This document shows, piece by piece, positions 23,201 to 36,700 of a stretch of 64,000 nucleotides of DNA. Every line of letters starts with the position of its first letter. Within the stretch, counting starts at the first letter, position 1. This stretch comes from Octopus vulgaris (Eukaryota), in the NCBI GenBank assembly GCA_951406725.2, contig OX597818.1, positions 40,176,001 to 40,240,000 of the forward strand, read 5' to 3'. Both the position numbers and the translations under genes were made by a program. The notes beneath the pieces are model-generated. The model saw only the letters and a program-made list of their open reading frames with translations, made no database searches and was not told the origin of the DNA.

Positions 23201-26200
23201 CAGATGTAAGTAGAAACTGTCCTGTGCTTGACCATTGTTGCAAGATGGAGTTTATATTAGTAATTTATAGGCATACTCTTATGCTTTTGAAACTATATAC
23301 CTTGCAGTAATTAGTGCAAGAAAACTAATTGAAATGTCAGTGCATTTTGAAATGTGAAGAGAAATCTGAAGCTCTGATATTAGTTCTAGAAATGTTTGTC
23401 CACTGCACTAATATTTCTAGGAAAACTACTTTCAATATTATAGAGGTGTACTTGTCAAGTATTTAGATCTGAGACTTTGATTTCATCATTTATGACACAT
23501 GTTAGCCTTTTAGAAACATACAAAAACTGTTAGCTTCATTTAAATATTTATTGAAATGTCTGTAGTGTGGTATTATTCTAGAACTAGAGCTATGTTCTTT
23601 TAGATAGTTCTAGAAGTCGTAGCATCTCTAGCTGGTTCTACAGATGATGGAGTTTTTGACTGCTTCTAGATATTGGCTATATGTATATATTCAAGCGAGG
23701 TCGTTGCCAGTGCCACTGGACTGGCTCCTGTGCAGTTGGCACGTAAAAAACACCATTTGAGCATGGCCAATGCCAGTACTGCCTGACTGGCCCTCGTGCC
23801 GGTGGTACGTAAAAGCACCCATAATTGTTCTCAGAGATGTCAGTCTCTGACTGATTTTAGAAATGGCAGATCTCTGTATGATACCTAAGGTATGACTGCA
23901 TGTATGGTCGATTCTGGACATGTCATCTCTGGCCATTTCTAGAAACAACAACATTTTTGGTCAATATTAGAAATGATAGCTTCTCTTGTATCTTCAAGGA
24001 ATCATTGCATCTCTGAATAATTCTAATTTGACTGTTTATCTCTTCAGTTCTAATCATGTTGACAGATATGTGCTAGTTTTTAAAACTTAATTTTATTTAT
24101 TTGTACATGAATATATTATTGAATTTTTTCTTTTTTCTTTCTTTTCAGATAAATTATTATTCACCTAACAACCCTAACATGACAGGTAATACAATTAATC
24201 TTTTTGTGTGTGTGTGATTCTTATTTTAATCCTTTAGCATTTAATCCAGCCATATCCATAATGAACATTCTACTTGTTTTATGTTAAAACTGACCAGATC
24301 CAACATCTCACACCTGCCCTGCAATGTCACTCTAAAAATATACAAACATATTATTGAAATCCTGAAGCTACAAGATAATGCATGAGTAACTCAAAACAAT
24401 ATGAATGAATAAGCAATACATTTCACTCAGAAATCTTAGTGCTAAAGGGTTAAATGGTAGGATGAGATTTGACAAGCATTGATTTACTGAATAACTATTA
24501 GAATTACAGTTGTTTGTTTTTTTCTGAGCTTTTTTTAGTCCATATTAGAGGATAGTACAGGCCAAGGCTGCTTATGGCAAAATTAAACATACCTTGGGAA
24601 ATTAATGGCTATCAATAAAAGTAAGGAAAAGAATCTTAGTGGCACACATGGAGCCTGTCCTTACATATGGTTGTGTAAATTGGAACATAAACAAGTGCAA
24701 AAATTTATTGGTACTGCAGAGGTGTGGTTTCTTGGAAGGATACTGAAGAGCTATCCTCTGTAGTTAGTTATTTCTTTATTGCCCACAGCGGGCTAAACAT
24801 AGAGAGGACAAACAAGGGCAGACAAAGGGATTAGGTCGATTACATTGCCCCCAGTGCGTAACTGGTACTTAATTTATCGACCCCGAAAGGATGAAAGGCA
24901 AAGTCAACCACGGCGAAATTTGAACTCAGAACTTAATGGCAGACAAAATACCTATTTCTTTATTACCCACAAGGGGCTAAACATAGAGGGGACAAACAAG
25001 GACAGACAAAGGGATTAAGTCGATTACACTGACCCCAGTGCGTAACTGGTACTTAATTTATCGACCCCGAAAGGATGAAAGGCAAAGTTGACCTCGGCAG
25101 AATTTGAACTCAGAACGTAATGGCAGACGAAATACCGCTAAGCATGTTGCTCGGCGTGCTAACGTTTCTGCCAGCTCGCCACCTAACTGTAGTTAGTGAC
25201 AAACATTGAATGAGTACCTTTGATGAATAAAGGCTAAGAAGAAGCTTCTCGTTAACATAAGGAGACATCAGGCTCAGTTTATTGGGTATCATATGAGAAG
25301 AAAAAGCCTGGTGCACTTGGCATCAACTGGGAAACTGAAAGGAAGGAACGAGGGAAGATGGAGAGACATGATATATGGTGGCCCTAACAGCTGGCTTCAA
25401 AGAGAAGACTGGCTTAGTAATGTGTTAACTTGAGTGTGGGACAGAAAAGCATAGAAGTCTGTGGTGTTGGCATGACATGAAGAGACGTGGGGTGGGAGCA
25501 AACTTTGTTCCCCCAGTCATATAATGTGTAATTTATCCCAGTGTTTACACACATAAACTCTATATATTGATCATCTTAAAGTCTAAAACAGGCATGAGCA
25601 ACCTTCATCAAAAGGTAGGCTGCATGAGATATGGCTTATCATGTTTGTCCACCCTCATCATCATCATCATTGTTCGACCGTGGTCGAGACAATGGAATTT
25701 ACTATGTTACGCCAGACTTCACGGTCCATCATGGCATTACGGAGGTCCTGTTGCTGGATGCCTGTATCCCTGGAGATTACATCAGGGTAGGAGAGTGTGC
25801 GCCCTCTGGTATTGCGAGTAGATGGCTTCCAGAGGAGAAGAGTAGAAATTACTTCTTTTTCAGCTCTACAACAATGTCCAGCAAACTGGACTCTCCTACC
25901 TTTCACAAGAGATGACACAGGTGGTAGTTTCCCATATATTTGCATTTTGGTTGGATGGCGCTTCCATGAGAGATTTTGAGCTCTCATAAGGAGGCGAGTG
26001 TAGGTTCCATCCAACCGCCTTTTGTCCACACTAGGTAAAAGAATTCAAAGTTATTTTTCATTAGATATACCATTCATAAAGTCCCAGGGGCCACAGTTTG
26101 CTCATGACTGGTTAAAAAGTACCAGTAAAGACATTACCTTACTGAGCTTGTCTAATAAAACAGAGAAACATGCCCAGACTTATTACTGAATACCAAAGAT

Positions 26201-27239
26201 CAAGCTTATTCATCATTGCATACATGTATAATTTTTAATTTATTTAAATTATAGAGTTATCTCCCTTACCATTCTTGACCAGAATTGAACATTAAGCTAA
26301 TGTCTTTTGCCCTCACAAGTACAGATTGTAATTATATTTTTTGGTTTGTTACAATTGTTGCATATTTTATCACCCATTTAGTCATCAATTATGTGTGAAC
26401 TGATAAATATTCCAACTGTAATCAAAATTGCAGTTATACGCTTTCTAAAGATAAGCTCTCTCTCGCTCTTTCTTCCTCTCTGTCTTTCTCCCCCTCTCTC
26501 TTTCTCCTCTCTTTTTCTCTCGCTCTCCTCTTTTTCTTCTCTCTCTCTCTCACACACACATGTTTTAATATTTCCTTGCATATTTTATAAACAGAATATG
26601 TTGATATCTTGAGTGTTTTTGTAATGGAATGAATATATTTGTCAACTCTGATTTACACAACTTCTCTACATTATTCCAGCTTACCAACTTGCTAAATCTT
26701 CTGGACAGAGACTACAAATAGTAAGTATTTTTCAGTTTACAATTAACCCTTTTGACACTAACCCACCTGAGACTACCCCTATTCCTCTTGATTCAATCTT
26801 TGTATTTTAAAGTGATGTAAATTAAAACCTCCCCTCAATATTGGTTTCAAATTTTGGTACAAGGCCAGCTAGTTCAGGGGGGGGGGCGATGGTGGAGGGG
26901 AGTGGGTAGGTCAATTATATCAACCTCAGTGCTCAGCTGGTATTTATTTTATCAGCCAGAAATTATGAAAGGCAAAGATGACCTCAGTGGAATTTGAACT
27001 CAGAACATAGAGACAGATGAAATGCCACTAAGCATTTTGCCTGACATGCTAACAATTCTGCAAGCTCACTACCTTAATAATAATAATGATAATAATCATC
27101 ATCATCATCATTTAGCGTCCGCTTTCCATGCTAGCATGGGTTGGACGGTTCAACTGAGGTCTGTGAAGCCAGAAGGCTGCATCAGGCCCAGTCAGATCTG
27201 GCAGTGTTTCTACAGCTGGATGCCCTTCCTAACGCCAAC

Positions 27240-27282
<43 letters not shown>

Positions 27283-28928
27283 TATTTATTATTATTTATT
27301 AATTATTATTATTATTAATTATTATTATTATTTATTATTTATTATTTATTATTTATTTTTATTATTATTTATTATTATTATTATTATTATCATTTATTAT
27401 TATTTATTATTATTATTATTTATTATTATTATTATTATCATTTATTATTATTATTATTTATTATTATTTATTATTATTATTATTATTTATTATTATTTAT
27501 TATTATTTATTATTTATTATTATTATTATTTATTATTATTATTATTGTTATTATTATCATTATTATTATTATTATCATTATTATTACGATCATGTGATTC
27601 ATAGACAAGACAGTATTTGTTTTTTGGAGTTAATAATGTTGTTTACGAATGTTGTAGTAAACATGAGTAAGTCACTGACCTTCCAGGAACAGTCTTAAAA
27701 TATTAGAGAGAGTATAGTAAAACAGCTGAGTTTGAGTAAACTAGTGATGTTGTGTTGGTGAAATAATTTTACCATCTTCATCGTGGAATAAATTTTAACT
27801 GTGAAATAGTTTAAACAATGGAATAATTATTATTCCTTGAGAGTGAGCAGTCTTAAGAAAGGTTGAGTGGTGCCAAAGGAAATGTAAACTGGGATTAGAG
27901 GGAAGGAAGGGGGGGGAAAGAAAGAGAGAGAAAAGAGAAGGATGGGATGAGGTTTAGTAGAAGAGGTGCGTATGGTCAGATTCAGAAGAAAATAAGAATA
28001 TTGATATGAAAACTGTTGAGAGAGAAGAGGAGGAGAAACATTATTCAGGTACTCACTATAAAAACACACACACACACACACAAACTGAGATATAAATACA
28101 AGGGAGCATACCCTATGTCTATAAACAAACAATACAGACAAAATTGTACAAGTGCTCTCCTCTGTCTTCACACACGCATAATAGCCCTCTCTACCCATCA
28201 CATATATACATTTTGATATATACATACACACCGATCTGCCAACTTATACATTCATATACACTATATGCACATACATACACGTACATATGTACATGCATAC
28301 GTTCACACATATTTACATGTTTATGCACACTTATCTGCATACGCAAGCGTAATACATACACACACAGAGACGCATACACCCGCAAATGCATGTATAGCTA
28401 CAAACAACAAAACTGCTATGAGGTCATTTGATATGCTAGAAACTGCAGCCTAATCTCTCATTGTACTTGTCACCGTCCTGTATTCTCATGGCTGGAATAT
28501 CTCTTGATTTGAGATTGCATGATGAGGTCTCATTCAGGTCAACAACAGTAAGCACATCTCTTTCACTTGTTGCTATTTCCACTCTCTCTCTTTCTCGGTA
28601 GCATAAAATATATTCTAATAAACTATTAGAGATGATTGTTTCTTTCTCTATTTTGTTATAATTTAACTCTTATAATTTAATTCTTTTTCTAAACAATTTT
28701 GGCTGATCAACACTTAACTATGTTTGTTTCCATTTAACCTGTTGTATATTGAGTCAAGTTAACTTTGATTCCATTTCTGAATGTTCATTTTTTTTTTCTG
28801 TTTGCAGGAATTTCTTCTTCAGAACCAGTGTGAGAGTAAGTTATTTCCTAATGAAATATTTGTGTGTGTATGCATATGTAGTGTTTCATTGAACCCATAC
28901 TTGGCTTTTGAGCGAGTATCTGATGGGG

Positions 28929-28987
<59 letters not shown>

Positions 28988-30698
28988 TGGAGGCGCAATG
29001 GCCCAGTGGTCAGGGCAGCGGACTCGCGGTCGTAGGATCGCGGTTTCGATTCCCAGACCGGGTGTTGTGTGTGTTTATTGAGCGAAAACACCTAAAACTC
29101 CACGAGGCTCCGCAGGGGTTGGTGGTGGTCCCTGCTGTACTCTTTCGCCACAACTTTCTCTCACTCTTTCTTCTGTTGGCCTGCTCGCTTAGCCAGCGGG
29201 GTGGCGTCATTTGATGGCTAAAACAATGCAAAGTGTATTGTGACCAGCGATGTATAGCAACATCTGATAGTCTGGTCGGTCACGGTGATCACGGTGATAT
29301 ATATCATACAGACAAGAAAGTAATATTTCGAATGCAGCATAGCCATGAAAACAGCAGAAAGATTGGATATTTTACCTTTAAATGATGGAAAAATACTCAA
29401 TCTTTCTGCTGTTTTCCTGGAAGACGAGCATTGACACCTCCCACTGATGAGGGCCAGTAGACTAAAATCATGTAATATGAGTTATAGCTCCCCCATAACA
29501 GATGATTCTTGTCAGCTATGATTTGTGTGTGTGCTTTTATGCACCGAGTTCCTGTATGAGAGGGTCTCTCAAGGCTAATAATACTGTATTCAATGTTCTA
29601 ATAACACATCCTTGTTAAGTTGGAGATAAAGATATATCAGATATATCCATCATAACATATCAAGTTTGATAACAGTTATCAAAATAGCACTTGCTACAAA
29701 TGTGTACAGTATGTGTACATGCACATACATCACTCAGTGTGACAAAGATCAAAGGCGGATGGTGAGTGCCAAAGCATCAAGAGTTAGCATGTTTTCAAGC
29801 TGTACCAGTTACAAGAACATGATGCTAATGACGCATAATTCTATCACTTAATTTGTTGTTTGTTCCTTTTTGTGCCATGCCTGGCTCATTAGGGCCGGTT
29901 TCCCGATTCCCTTGGCGTAGAGGTTCCCCACCTGGATGGGATGCCAGTCTGTCGCAGGTGAGCTGCAAGATGCAGGAGGAAAGAGCGAGAGAAAGTTGTG
30001 GCGAAAGAGTCAGCAGAAATTTGCCATTACCTTCTGCCGGAACCACATGGAGCTTAGGTGTTTCGCTCATAAACACACACTTTGCCTGGTCTGAGATTCA
30101 AACCCTCAACCATGTGTCCGCTGCTTTAACCACCAGGCCATGTGCTTCCACTATCACTTAATTTAGCCTTGGTATTTTGTGTGAAATTTCGTGCATTATG
30201 CATAATTTGTCTTTAAAATAATTTCATTCTTCAGAAATATTTTAAAGTAAAATATTTATTGAGAGTAAAGCAGCAGTTAAAATTGCAGAACAAACATATA
30301 CAGTAGTTAATTTGAGACAAGTATTGGGTTGTCCGGAAACTTTGTGCCGATTTATAGTAGCTTACCTTTCGACTTACCCTCCCTGTCACCTCAATTCTGG
30401 GAAGTGGGTATTTTCAAGTTAAAGGAAAGATGGAGATGCATTGTGCAACAAAATGGTTCATATTTGGTTGATTAAAAATGTAATACTCTTTACTCTTTTA
30501 CTTGTTTCAGTCATTTGACTGCAGCCATGCTGGAGCACCGCCTTTAATCAAGCAACTTGACCCCAGGACTTATTCTTTGTAAGCCCAGTACTTATTCTAT
30601 CGGTCTCTTTTGTCGAACCGCTAAGTGATGGGGACATAAACACACCAGCATTGGTTGTCAAGCGATGTTGGATGGGGCAAACACAGACACACAAACAT

Positions 30699-30753
<55 letters not shown>

Positions 30754-33700
30754 CGATGGGCTTCTTTCAGTTTCCATCGACCAAATCCACTCACAAGGCT
30801 TTGGTCGGCCCGAGGCTATAGTAGAAGACACTTGCCCAAGGTGCCACGCAGTGGGACTGAACCCAGAACCATGTGGTTGGTAAGCAAGCTACTTACCACA
30901 CAGCCACTCCTGCACCTAATGGCTAGTATTTATTGACCTTTTTCTTTCCTTTAAAAACCGGCACAAACTTTCTGGACAACCCAATAATAAACTAAGTTTC
31001 ATCGTTAGTGTTTTTATTTGTTTGAAATTGGTGTTTATAATGTGTATCATCATTCTAATGTTTTTTGTTTAACCTTTTTTTTTTTTTTTTAAACTTTTTT
31101 CAGGAAAGCTTAGTTCGCAGCAGGAATCATGCGATGAGGTAAACACTTTTGAATATATATATATATATGTGTGTTCTTTATTTATGATTGCCCATTGAAA
31201 CTAATTAGGTTTATAGAGAAAGATAACTGAAGAAACTATATTCAACAGTGATAGTCACTGTTAAATTTCATATAAGACAGAATTTCTGAAACAACACTGC
31301 TGCTGCCTCCACCACCACCAAAACAACAACAACAACTACTACCACTACTATTACTACTACTATTTTGTGCAGTAAAAGAGTAAAGATTACTGTATTTTCT
31401 GGCATATAACTGGTATATAGTGTAAATATGTAGTGTAAACATGCAAACAACATCACCTCTTTTTCAAATCCTGATGCATTTCACATGGAATGTTTGGTTC
31501 TCCAAAGTTATCTTGACCTGCAACCTATGTTTTGGGCTGTAAATTCTGGTTTGAAAAATTCAGTTTGTATATCCAAAAAATACTGTAATTGAATTTTTAT
31601 ATTACTAGAAAGATAATGTTTCTTTTGAGGAGTTGAATGTATAAAAGATTATACACCAATTTGATGATGAAAAACTTGTTTGACAATACTTCTTTTGACA
31701 AAAATTTTATCAGTGGAAAATCTGGCCATTGACCACTCTGCCTGATAGTTGCTTTTGCGCTGTAGCTAGGCAAGAAGGATTTTTATATTGAGGATATTTG
31801 AGAATGTGGCTGTCTTCAATAGTTAGGTTTCCAAGAGAGCATATCCTGATAGGCTTCAAAGAAATTGTCATTGGGGTGGGTGTTTGTACTGCCAAATTAC
31901 AAAACAAATATTTGTTAAAGTTGCATATAAAATAAAGAAACAAAAATATGTCTTGCCTCGATCTGCTTTTAGTATAATTTGAACCATTCATTATTTTGAT
32001 TTGATGCGCTAAGAGCACCATCCGAGCATGATTGTTGCCAGAGCAGCTAATTGGCTTCCATGCCAGTGGCACGTAAAAATTTGACTGAGGACTGGCAAAC
32101 CAGATGGCTGCACCAGGCTCCAATCTGATCTGGCGGAGTTTCTACAGCTGGATGCCCTTCCTAACACCAACCACTCCGAGAGTGTAGAGGGTGCTTTTAT
32201 GTGCCACTAGCATGAGGGCCAGTCAGGCAGTTAGAAATAACTTATATATTGATTTCAAATTTTGGCACGAGGCCAGCAATTTTGTGGGAAGGTGGTGGAT
32301 AAGTCAGTTATGTTAACCCCTTATTTTATTTATCATGAAAGGATGAAAGGCAATGTCAGCCTTGGCAAGATTTGAACTCAAAACTTAATGACAGACAGAA
32401 TGCTATTGGAAGAATTGTTAGTGCACTGGGCTAAATGCTTAGCAACATGTCATCTGTCTTTATATTCTGAATTCAAATTCTGCGGTGGTCGACTTTGCCT
32501 GTCTTCCTTCTGGTGTTGATAAAATTAGTACCAGTTGAATACTGGGGTTGATGTAATTGGCTTACCCAACTCCCCCCAGAGTTGCCAGCCTTGTGCCAAA
32601 ATTTGAAACCAAATATGTATGGTCAATAGTAAAAAGTAACATTTTCTGTTAGTCATTTAACTGTTTAGTATTCAGATTACATAGTTTTGAATTGATCATA
32701 AATTATCAAAATTTTGTTGATGCCATTGCTTGTTTTTAGAATAGCATTGTATAGTAGGTGTGAGAGGCCAGATCTGGCCAGTTTGGACATAAAAGAGGCA
32801 GAATATTTTGGCCAGATATGACTGGTTTAAATATTAAACGGTTAAATTTTTTTTTTTTTCATTGATATACTGAAATGTATGTGTAATACTTTAAGTCCTA
32901 TATACCTACCTTTTCATTAATTACAGTTAGCATTGTCTTCCAAACGCAATGGGGTCAACTATGAAGGATATTTGCTCAAAACTGGCGTCAATATGAAAGG
33001 TAAGATTGCCTTCTTCAAGTGAGTGTAATAGTACACCTGAGGGTTGATTCAGTTAACTATACTCTCTTTTCTCCTTTACAAATTTTGGCCTTGTGTCTTG
33101 TTAAAAAAAAAACCCCAAAAAACTCCCAAAATATTTTGGTGCAGTTTAAAGGCTTTGAACAGTGGTTTCCAAATGGTACCTTGTGGCATACCATTAGGCC
33201 TACCTAGGTGCTCTGCAGCAACGATTAAATTCTATTTTTGAAAATGTGAAAAATATGAGTTGAAATTCTAACTATATAATCTTTTCTTAACTCACTAACA
33301 TAAGATGCTGAGCTGTGGGGGAAATGATTAATTGAACTGATGATGAAATGAGAGCATGTTTACTGTAAATACGTTGAAATATAGAAACATTGTCCTGACA
33401 CATCTCATTGATTAAATTGAATAAAACATTGAGTATTTTATAAATTTCTGTAGTTTAAGAGTTGGCAGAATTCTTAGCATCTTGGACAAAATGCTTAGTG
33501 GCATTTCTTCTGATACCTTACTTTCTGGGTTCAAGTCATACCGAGGTCAACTTCACCGTTCATCTTGATGGGTTTGATAAGATAAAGTACCGGTGAAGTA
33601 CTGGGGTCAGTGTAATTGATTAACACCCTCCCACTAAAAGCGCTGGCCTTGTCCCCAAATTTAAAACCATATTTATATGCCAAAATGTTATGAAAAAAGA

Positions 33701-36700
33701 ATCATTTTTAATAAATTTTCTGAATTTAAGCACTAAGTGTAGCAAGATATTTTTTAAAATTTTAATCTAAAGTAATGAATATGTATATATGTGAGTGTAT
33801 ATATATATATATATATATGTAGGTCCCGGGTTGAGTCGGGGTTAACCACAGTAAATAAGGTACTCAATACATAGCAGAGTAAAGTAATTTATTTTATAGA
33901 AGGAGCTTCTATGTGTGTGTGTGTGTGTGTAAGCAAAATACAATTTGGAAACCACTGGCTTAAAGAATCAAACAGTTCAATAAAAATACCTAGAAAACAA
34001 AATGTCTGGGTCTATTTTTCTTCCGTTTCTTCTTTATTTCCGATCTACACGTTTTTCTTTCCCTACAGACTTGTTCAATGCACTTTCTATTTCTCAACAC
34101 TGCATAAAATACCTAACATAATATAATAATTCTGTATTTCTCAGCTGTAAATTATTTCAAGGGTGATAACATAAACTAATGCTGCAATTTTAGAGATAAA
34201 CTCTAAATCACTTACGACTCCAATGAAGAAAACCAGGCTCTAAAATGGTTTTAAAAACAAAGATTCAATAAACCAGAAGATGAATTTGTCTCCAGTTTTA
34301 TTCTGCTTCATTAAAATAACTTATAGACCAAGTAGCATAGCATATAATAGTGAAAATCTATTGAAATTTCAAATGTCAATTTTAAAAACTCACATGTTAT
34401 CATGGAAGTTACCTTGAAATTATTATTTAATGAGAAGTATGAGATAGACTTCAAACTAATTGTTGGTGTAATATAGGGAGTAAGTTAGCAGAGATGCTAG
34501 TGACTGGTTTTAGTATCATTCTTTATGTACTGATTGAAACCCTTTCTTTTTCACTACATACAGTCTTAATAAAATATATATCTAAAGCATACTGAGCTGT
34601 AGCTCTGCTTTGCCTTTATAAAATTTGGTCATCCGAACGTGGCCGTAGCCAGCGCTGCCCTAGCTTCATCTGGTCCCCGTGCCGGTGGCACGTAAAAAGC
34701 ACCATCCGATCGTGGCGGTCTGCCAGCCCTGTCTGGCACGTAAAAAGCACCCACTACACTCACGGAGTGGTTGGCGTTAAGAAGGGCATCCAGCTGTAGA
34801 AACACTGCCAGATCAGACTGGGCCTGGTGCAGCCTTCTGGCTTCCCAGACCCCAGTTGAACCGTCCAACCCATGCCAGCATGGAAAGCAGACGTTAAATG
34901 ATGATGATGATAAATATATATATATAGGAAAGAAGGTTTGAAAATACAATTTTAAAGATGTTTATTCACTTGACAGGCCTACACAAGCACAGTCTATTGC
35001 CAAAGGACTTGGTCACCTGTCACTGTTTCCATGAGGCGCAACACTTGAATGGTGCTTTTTACATGCCACTGGCATTGGCCACTACTATGATTTCACTTGG
35101 TTTAAAAGGTCTTCTCAAGCTTAGCATATTGCCCAACATTTGAAAGATGCTTGAAGGGTGCATAAGAATAAGATTCAGTTTGTTTGAATGTCAAAAATTT
35201 AAATACTTTTTTATTGATAATTGAATATCTGTTTACCCCTTTCTATACCCTTTACCAACATTGGTTAGTTTTAAAAATTTGGATATTTGCATACAGTATT
35301 TGTTGGACCTTGTATTGCACTGCTAGAGGTTCATCCAAGAATGACCCACTCAGCTTTGAGATGAGATATTAACATATTTTCTCGTGCATTTCAAAATAGT
35401 CTTTTCATGTTCTGAACTGCATCCAAATCATTGTCTAATTAAGGAGCCAATGTTTTACCTGTTTATCTCAATTTTATATTTTCTGTTATGAAACAGATCA
35501 AAAACAAATAAAACAATTTAAAAATTATATTAGGAATAAAGCAAAGAAATTAGGCGCAGGAGTGGCTGTGTGGTAAGTAGCTTGCTTACCAACCACTTGG
35601 TTCCGGGTTCAGTCCCACTGTGTGGCACCTTGGGTAAGTGTCTTCTACTATAGCCTCGGGCCGACCAAAGCCTTGTGAGTGGATTTGGTAGATGGAAACT
35701 GAAAGAAGCCTGTCATATATATGTATATTTCTATATATATGGGTGTGTCTGTGTGTTTGTCCCCCCCAACATCGCTTGACAACTGATGCTGGTGTATTTA
35801 CGTCCCCATAACTTAGCGGTTCGGCAAAAGAGACTGATAGAATAAGTACTAGGCTTACAAAGAATAAGTCCTGGGGGTCAATTTGCTTGACTAAAGGCGG
35901 TGCTCCAGCATGGCTGCAGTCAAATGACTGAAACATGTGAAAGATGTTCTACTTTTGAGGATTTAAAGAATAAAAAAAAAACTTAGAATTTAAGTTTTTA
36001 GTATGTGATATAAATGTGTGTGCGTTACTGAGATGTGTGATTAATGTTACAGTCCACCAGTGAGTTACCAGTTCAAATTCTGCCAAGTCTCTATTTTATT
36101 TGATCACAGAAAGAATAAAAAAATAAACTAGTCAAGTAGGGACATTGGTTTTAAATAGTTTGGTTTTATGGTTCAGTTATTTATGGTTCTTATTGTAGTG
36201 AGTTCTAAGGCACCATAGTCCACTATTAGAAGAGAACTGATTGTTCCTTGGGTAATTTATGGAGAGTGAATCAAAAGATTTCATGATTTTATTGGAAAAT
36301 CAGGAATATTTCTCACATAACACTAACATTTTTGGGGCCACGCGAGAGATAGATTTTAGTTCTTAAATCAATGCTGATCTTTCTACTGTTACTTCTTTTC
36401 TTTGCCTATTCTATTTATATGTCTTTCAAGGCAATTTTCTAACTGCATCTTTCATCTGCTTGCATTACTATATCACAGTTTTTATACTGATCTTCCCTTA
36501 TTTTCTCTCTCTCTTTATCTTTTAATAGTTTACTGTTCTTTCATTGGCATTCTCTCTGCTCTTACAGCTAACTGTGTTTCAAATTTAAACCCTTATATCT
36601 CTGTTCTGTCAAATAAAATAAAATTTAAGTCTTCGGTAACGTTTGCTTTTATTATTACCCGTTTCTCCACAGAAATCTTTTAAAAGCATTCAACATCTGT

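Noticed and set aside
29441-29485. ctgatga-gggccagtagact-aaaa, a possible decayed hammerhead
   Set aside because: GAAA is missing and stems I and II do not pair convincingly, so it is too degenerate to call.
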